NCBI GenBank assembly: GCA_034669905.1 | Contig: JAXMOL010000076.1 | Location: 1 to 24,906, forward strand | Direction: 5' to 3' | Source: Candidatus Hydrogenedentota bacterium | GTDB taxonomy: Bacteria > Hydrogenedentota > Hydrogenedentia > Hydrogenedentales > JAEUWI01 | Length of the DNA stretch: 24,906 bases | Shown here: piece by piece, positions 19,828 through 24,906 of the stretch | How the letters are laid out: every line of letters starts with the position of its first letter | Position numbering within the stretch: position 1 is the stretch's first letter | Made by a program: the position numbers and the translations under genes | Notes under the pieces: generated by a model | Told to the model about the DNA's origin: nothing | Databases searched by the model: none | The model's input: only the letters and a program-made list of their open reading frames with translations

Positions 19828-20238
19828 GGACTCCCTGGAGTGCGTAAGCTTGCTTACGCTTTCAACGAGCAAGCTTGCTTGCGGTGGACACAGGTACACT
19901 CCCCCTGAACAACGAGCACCCCCCGTGTACCCAACGCGGCTGGATCACCACAACGTTTCCCGGTGTGGGCGGGGAGCAAGCTCCCCAGATCAGGGTAGCA
20001 GCAAGCTGCCACACGCCAAAGAGTCCCCCAGCGCGAAAACGCATACGCCCTGGAGTGCGTAAGCTTGCTTACGCTTTCAACGAGCAAGCTTGCTTGCGGT
20101 GGACACAGACGCACCACCCGACAACAAAGGCACCCGCGCTTACCCATCGCGCCCCGTTCAGCACGACGTCCACCTCCGTGGGCGAGGAGCAAGCTCCCCG
20201 GGGAAAGGTAGCAGCAAGCTGCCACACGCCAAAGAGTC
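19828..20238 (+). repeat. REP/REPIN-like family A tandem array (units 19836-20018 and 20051-20231)
   Basis: 215-bp period with the same four hairpins as the array at 14-480; the two cores are clearly divergent from each other. Confidence 0.9.
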
Positions 20239-20302
20239 GCCTATGGACAGTTTCTTCGGCGACATGAAACGCTGCCGGGCAACCCCCATTCTCCCCTACA
20301 AG

Positions 20303-20341
20303 AAAGCCGCCCGTCGAAGCTAGCCTTCGACGGGCGGTTTT
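20303..20341. terminator. Bidirectional Rho-independent terminator between the convergent MFS and aminotransferase genes
   Basis: AAAG-CCGCCCGTCGAAG-CTAGC-CTTCGACGGGCGG-TTTT, a perfect 13-bp stem. Confidence 0.8.
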
Positions 20342-20359
20342 AGCTTTTCATGCGACGTT

Positions 20360-21679
20360 TTAGTCGGCCAGAGCCGTGTATTTCCGAGTCTTCTTGGTCT
20401 TGGCGGTCCGCAGTTCGTCGATATTGTCGACGACCTTCGCGACGGCTGCCGCCACGTCATCCATGTCTTTCTTCTTGTTCATCAGCAACTGGTGATGAAT
20501 CGTGATACCCGACTTGGTATGGGCATCGACACAGACCGGCAGCTTGTGGCGCTTGGGGTTCAAGGCCTTCCAATACTCTTTGTCGAGCTTGTGGCGCACC
20601 TTCGTACGGGGCTTATAAAGGCCGCACATGTTCAGCGGTTCATAGGGCGCTTCAAAGCCATACCCAAGCCCCAATTCGGCGTTCAGGGCCGCACAGAACT
20701 GGGCATTGGTCACCTTCAGTTCCTTCGGGTCAATGCGGAAGCTGTAGTTGAAGTAACTCTGCTGCGTCACTTCCTTGCGGCGCCGCATGGGCATCACCCC
20801 ATCAATTTCCTCCAACTGCTTGTTGAGGTAGATGGCGTTGGCATCCCGGCCCTTGACCTGCTTGTCGAGACGGCGCAGGCCGCCCTGCAGAATGGCGGCC
20901 TGCCACTCGGTGATGCGGTAGTTGCCGGACTGGAGCGCCGTGGAAATATCGACGGCCTTCTTGAGTCCAAAGACCACGGGGCTGGCTTCGTAGGGACGAC
21001 CACAGTTGCGCAGGCTGTAGAGCCGGTAGAACAGATCTCTGGTCTTGCACATGTTGAAGCCGCCTTCACCGGAAGACATGACCTTGGATTCCTGGAAGCT
21101 GAAGGAGGCCACGTCACCGAAGGAACCCACGCCTTTGCCCTTCCAGAAGGTGCCGTGCTGGTGGGCACAGTCTTCGATGAGATGAATCTTGTGCTTTTTG
21201 CAGAGCTTGACCAGCTTGGTGATATCGGTCACACAACCGTAGAGGTGCACCACGATGACCGCACGGGTCTTTTTGGTGATCAGGGACTCCACATGATCGA
21301 GGTCCAGGTTCCACGTGTCGGGCTCCACATCGGCCAGCACGGGAATGGCATTCACATCGGCACAGGCGGCGGCGGTGGCCTGCCACGTCATACCGGGCAC
21401 GATCACTTCGTCGTAGGCGCCGATTTCGAGGGCTTCGAGGGCCAGCTGGATGCCGACGGTACCGTTGGCGCAGCACACGCCATACTTGGCTTTCTGATAG
21501 GCCGTAAACTTCTCGGCGAAATCCCACTCGATGGGACCATCATAGGACCAACGATTACTCTTGGTAATCTCGGCCACGAGCTTGGCGTCGGCCGCGTCGC
21601 TCACGGGCCAGGTGGCCCAATCTTTTGCTTTGGACTTGGCACGGACGGCCTTGCCGCCATTGAGTGCGAGTTTTGCCAT
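20360..21679 (-). CDS. DegT/DnrJ/EryC1/StrS family PLP-dependent aminotransferase (scyllo-inosose aminotransferase/RifK-like)
   Basis: LALNGG, CANGT, EVIVPGMTWQATA, VIVVHLYG, IEDCAHQHG, FSFQESKVMSSGEGG (PLP lysine), GNYRITEWQAA. Confidence 0.92.
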   Translation of the reverse strand: MAKLALNGGKAVRAKSKAKDWATWPVSDAADAKLVAEITKSNRWSYDGPIEWDFAEKFTAYQKAKYGVCCANGTVGIQLALEALEIGAYDEVIVPGMTWQATAAACADVNAIPVLADVEPDTWNLDLDHVESLITKKTRAVIVVHLYGCVTDITKLVKLCKKHKIHLIEDCAHQHGTFWKGKGVGSFGDVASFSFQESKVMSSGEGGFNMCKTRDLFYRLYSLRNCGRPYEASPVVFGLKKAVDISTALQSGNYRITEWQAAILQGGLRRLDKQVKGRDANAIYLNKQLEEIDGVMPMRRRKEVTQQSYFNYSFRIDPKELKVTNAQFCAALNAELGLGYGFEAPYEPLNMCGLYKPRTKVRHKLDKEYWKALNPKRHKLPVCVDAHTKSGITIHHQLLMNKKKDMDDVAAAVAKVVDNIDELRTAKTKKTRKYTALAD

Positions 21680-21743
21680 GGTGATTTTCTTCCCGGCGCA
21701 GGGCGCGCGTTGTTGTATTGCGGTATGAAACAGGCGGACCTAT

Positions 21744-21773
21744 AGGATACCGAGACGACGCGGATGCCTGCAA
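21744..21773 (-). promoter_or_regulatory. Candidate promoter for the aminotransferase gene
   Basis: Minus strand TTGCAG, 18-bp spacer, TATCCT. Confidence 0.35.
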
Positions 21774-21786
21774 TGTTTTACACGGG

Positions 21787-22244
21787 TGGCGGGAAGCTGC
21801 CACACACCAGAGAGTCGCGTACGCTGAAACAGACCCACCCTCTGGAGTGCGTAAGCTTGCTTACGCTTTTACTCAGCAAGCTTGCTTGCGCCGGACACAG
21901 GTACGCCACCGCAGTAAAAGAGTTCCTCCCGTGTACCCAGCGCGACCGCTTCCCCACTTCATTCGCCAACGTATGTGGGGAGCAAGCTCCCCAGATAACG
22001 GTAGCAGCAAGCTGCCACACTCCAGAGAATCGCGTACGCTGAAACAGACCCACCCTCTGGAGTGCGTAAGCTTGCTTACGCTTTTACTCAGCAAGCTTGC
22101 TTGCGCCGGACACAGGTACGCCACCGCAGAAAAAGAGTTCCTCCCGTGTACCCAGCGCGACCGCTTCCCCACTTCATTCGCCAACGTATGTGGGGAGCAA
22201 GCTCCCCAGATAACGGTAGCAGCAAGCTGCCACACTCCAGAGAG
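21787..22244 (+). repeat. REP/REPIN-like family A tandem array (remnant right arm, then units 21843-22024 and 22058-22239)
   Basis: 215-bp period; the two 182-bp units are nearly identical; terminal TCTGGAGTG...CACTCCAGA inverted repeat. Confidence 0.92.
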
Positions 22245-22271
22245 TTCGCTTCAAATAATTTAATCCCCCGA

Positions 22272-23039
22272 TCACTCGTGGGGCATGGGCACGTAGCGTT
22301 CTGCCACGGCCTCGTGGAGTGCCGCCGCCAAGACCTTTCGATTCATCCCGCCGATGGGCTCCTCCCCAAAATAGAGTGTCGCCGTAAATCCGGGGTATCG
22401 CAGTAGGCGCCGCATGTGCGCGAAAAATGCTTCGGGTCGCCACCACCCGATGATGTGGGAAGCCAGGGGCGAGGTGTCAGGCGTCTCATAATTAATGGTT
22501 ACATAATGAATCGGCACCCCATTGTCGATGGCCGGTTGAATGAGCGCTGACTTGAAGGGAGCCACGGCGAGCCCGCGGGAAATGCGACTCTCGGCAAAGA
22601 CCACGAGACCGTCGTCTTGTTCGAGGGTGTGGGCAATGAGGTCGTTCACCCGCACCGCATCCTGCCGCTGCTCCCGGTCGATAAACAGGACATGGAGCGA
22701 GCGGGCCACCCAACCAATGACAGGCCAGTGCTTCACATCGCCCCGGGCCACAAAAGTACACCCCAACACGGCAGACAAGAGGAAGATATCGAGATAACTC
22801 AGGTGATTCGCCACCAAGTAATAAGGGGGCTTGGGCAGGGGCCCCACGATAACAACCCGCATGCCCGCGAGTCGCCTGAAGCCCTGCCCCCACATGCGCA
22901 CAAGCCACCGCCGCCAACGCCGATCATGCACCTCGGAAAAACGGGTAAAGAGCCCCACGAATATGCGTAAGAACCACGCCAACGCTGTCCACAAAAGGAG
23001 CAAGGGAAAGCGAATGCCACTCTGCAACGTCTCGTACAC
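22272..23039 (-). CDS. Lysophospholipid acyltransferase (PlsC / OlsA-like)
   Basis: NHLSYLD (HX4D), FVARGDVKHWPVIG, FIDR, VFAESR, PFKSAL. GTG 23039 is preceded by GGAGG. Confidence 0.88.
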   Translation of the reverse strand: MYETLQSGIRFPLLLLWTALAWFLRIFVGLFTRFSEVHDRRWRRWLVRMWGQGFRRLAGMRVVIVGPLPKPPYYLVANHLSYLDIFLLSAVLGCTFVARGDVKHWPVIGWVARSLHVLFIDREQRQDAVRVNDLIAHTLEQDDGLVVFAESRISRGLAVAPFKSALIQPAIDNGVPIHYVTINYETPDTSPLASHIIGWWRPEAFFAHMRRLLRYPGFTATLYFGEEPIGGMNRKVLAAALHEAVAERYVPMPHE

Positions 23040-23172
23040 GTGCTTCCTCCCACTCCTGTTGACCAACAAAACAATCCGCTCTCGGCTGCGATTGTATCCC
23101 ATCGAAAGCCTTCGGAACACCCCCGCGGCTTTATCCGCTTTCCCCATTTATGGCACAATAGGGGCCTCCCAA

Positions 23173-23348
23173 AAGCACGGTCGTGACTGGCGACATAGCG
23201 TGGAATGAACCACGGGGAAACGACGTGCTTAGCGCCCTGGTCCGGAATATCCCTGCCATTTGCAGGAAACCTTCCTGGATGAGGGCGGAGCAGGACGCTT
23301 GGTCCTGGTTGTGGCCCTGCCACCTTGTTTTATGCCGCTCGCCTGGGC
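23173..23348 (+). ncRNA. ZMP/ZTP (pfl) riboswitch aptamer
   Basis: P1 AAGCAC-G-GTCGT / ACGAC-GTGCTT; conserved GACTGGCG (23185-23192); P2 CGTGG-AATGAA-CCACG followed by GGGA; distal P3 GCCGCTCGCCTGGGC (23334-23348), whose CGCC pairs with GGCG as the pseudoknot; located directly upstream of purH. Confidence 0.9.
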
Positions 23349-23407
23349 TGGGCGCGGTGTGGATTCTCCCCACCCGTCTGTCTGAACGCCACCATTGGAG
23401 CAAGAAA

Positions 23408-24526
23408 ATGGCTGAACAAGATCTGAAGAAAATGTATCGCACGCGGACCGAGGGCGAATTCCCCGAGACCTTCGACGTGCTCGGGCGCGCCTATGAGAAG
23501 GTGGAAAACCTTCGCTACGGCACCAACCCCCACCAGCCCGCCGCCTTTTACCGTCCCGCCGACGATCAGGGCGTGGTATTGGGCCGCTACGAAATCCTCA
23601 AGACCGGCAAGAGCGGCCTCTCCCAGACGAACCTGGAAGACATGCAGCACGCCATCGGCATCCTGAAATACATGCAGCGCCCCGCCTGTGCCGTCATGAA
23701 GCACTGCAACCCCAGCGGCGTCGCCATCAAGGTCGACGATCAGGAACTGGTCCAGGTCTATGAACGGGCCCGCGACGCCGACGCCCAGGCCGCTTTTGGC
23801 TCGGTCGTCGTCTTCAACACGGAGGTAGACGAAGCCACTGCCGTCGCCATCATGGAGACCATCGTGGAAGGCGTGGCCGCCCCGAGTTTTTCCGACGCCG
23901 CCATCGCGGTCCTCAACGATTCGGCCCGCTTCAAGCGCAACAAGGAAATCCGCCTGATTAAGGTGCCTGATTTCTCGACCCTGCCGAAATACATCGACGA
24001 AAAGGCCCGTGGCTTCGAAATGAAGGTCTTTGATGATGGCAGCATCGTCTTGGCCCAGCCCTACCTCAGCCGGGTGAAGGGTGTGGACGACCTCGTGCCC
24101 GCCTACAACGAGCACCCGAAAAAAGGCCGCGCCGACATCGCCCGTCAACCCACCGAGCGCGAACTCGACGACCTCTTGTTTGCCTGGTATGTGAACATCC
24201 ACGTGCGCAGTAACGGCGTCGTCATCGCCAAGAACGGCCAGACCCTCGCCGTCGGCACGGGTGAACAGGACCGTGTGGGCGCGGTGCAGCAGGCCCTCAT
24301 CAAGGCCGGCCAGAAATACAAAGGCACCGAAACCCTCGAGGGCGCCGTTATGGCCTCCGACGGCTTCTTCCCCTTCCGCGACGCCGTGGATTCCGCGACG
24401 GGCGCCGGTATCGCGGCCATCGTCCAGCCCGGCGGCAGCATGAACGACTTCGACGCCATCACGGCGTGCAACGAAGCCGGTGCGACCATGGTCTTCAGCC
24501 TGGAACGCTGCTTCTCCCACCACTAG
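23408..24526 (+). CDS. purH: AICAR transformylase-domain PurH protein (372 aa, no N-terminal IMP cyclohydrolase/MGS-like domain)
   Basis: LRYGTNPHQPAA, VMKHCNPSG, DAQAAFG, VRSNG, GTGEQDRV, ASDGFFPFRD, QPGGS, RCFSHH. ATG 23408 has GGAG upstream; the ORF-track extension to 23183 overlaps the riboswitch. Confidence 0.88.
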   Translation: MAEQDLKKMYRTRTEGEFPETFDVLGRAYEKVENLRYGTNPHQPAAFYRPADDQGVVLGRYEILKTGKSGLSQTNLEDMQHAIGILKYMQRPACAVMKHCNPSGVAIKVDDQELVQVYERARDADAQAAFGSVVVFNTEVDEATAVAIMETIVEGVAAPSFSDAAIAVLNDSARFKRNKEIRLIKVPDFSTLPKYIDEKARGFEMKVFDDGSIVLAQPYLSRVKGVDDLVPAYNEHPKKGRADIARQPTERELDDLLFAWYVNIHVRSNGVVIAKNGQTLAVGTGEQDRVGAVQQALIKAGQKYKGTETLEGAVMASDGFFPFRDAVDSATGAGIAAIVQPGGSMNDFDAITACNEAGATMVFSLERCFSHH

Positions 24527-24550
24527 TGGCACCATCAGCCCAAATCTTTC

Positions 24551-24587
24551 CAACGCCCCCGTGAACATCACCGGGGGCGTTGTCTTT
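24551..24587 (+). terminator. Probable terminator after purH
   Basis: CAACGCCCCCG...CGGGGGCGTTG 11-bp stem followed by TCTTT, about 25 nt after the stop codon. Confidence 0.7.
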
Positions 24588-24894
24588 GGAGACTGCACCC
24601 GCGCACCCCACGAAACACAGCGACACCCACTACCGTAGTCACCACGCCCGGCAGGTATGCAATCACGAATCAGCCCGCGGGGGCTGTCCCCCTCCCCCGT
24701 GGTGCTGGCAACCTGATTTGTGGGACCGCTGAGACAGGTGGGACCCGTGGGACATGAGTCGCGTTGAAACTGCGTCGCCACAGGGGACTGCACCCGCGAC
24801 ATCCGCGAAGCACAGCACCACCCACTACCGTAGTTACGACGCCCGGCAGGTATGCAATCACGAATCCGCCCGCGGGGGCTGTCCCCCTCCCCCG
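24588..24894. repeat. Family C: two 104-bp elements with imperfect terminal inverted repeats (24588-24691 and 24783-24886)
   Basis: 195-bp period. Ends are GGGGACTGCACCCGCG ... CGCGGGGGCTGTCCCC (14/16 complementary in copy 2). The spacer carries four TG(G/A)GAC copies at 9-bp period. Confidence 0.8.
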
Positions 24895-24906
24895 AATCGT
24901 CGTCCC

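Noticed and set aside
20360..21679. Aminoglycoside or ansamycin biosynthetic cluster with the MFS as exporter
   Set aside because: There is no DOI synthase, dehydrogenase, glycosyltransferase or PKS nearby, and the two genes are convergent and separately terminated.
23151..23165. Possible sigma-54 promoter TGGCAC-AATAG-GGGC
   Set aside because: The GG-N10-GC spacing fits but the -12 box lacks TTGC. It is better read as an extended -10 (TGg-CACAAT) just upstream of the riboswitch.
23183..23407. N-terminal extension of PurH as a cyclohydrolase remnant
   Set aside because: It has no resemblance to the MGS-like domain. The region is explained by the riboswitch, and ATG 23408 has a good RBS.

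Overview
A GC-rich (about 60-63%, estimated by eye) bacterial chromosomal window. The gene content (PSD1/DUF1501 pair, sulfatase-like lipoprotein, lineage-type secreted protein) suggests Ca. Hydrogenedentota or a PVC-like lineage, which is inference only. Fifteen CDS are supported: a secreted hypothetical protein, an AlkP/sulfatase-like lipoprotein plus a polytopic membrane protein, a PSCyt/PSD1 cytochrome plus DUF1501 pair, a signalling pair, ftsH-folP-glmM-pdxJ, an MFS transporter, a DegT-family aminotransferase, a PlsC/OlsA acyltransferase and a short PurH (transformylase domain only). Four things stand out. (1) The signalling pair is rewired: an intact receiver is fused to a histidine kinase fold lacking its His, N and G boxes, and the next gene is a sigma-54 activator whose phospho-acceptor Asp is Glu. 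(2) A ZMP/ZTP (pfl) riboswitch with a 103-nt multi-hairpin linker sits upstream of purH. (3) A ~182-bp four-hairpin REP/REPIN-like element occurs in tandem arrays (213-215-bp period) at three loci; its two arms have identical geometry but different self-complementary stems. (4) The MFS protein closely resembles eukaryotic MFSD10. Several further repeat families fill the intergenic gaps. No tRNA, rRNA, CRISPR array or transposase was seen.
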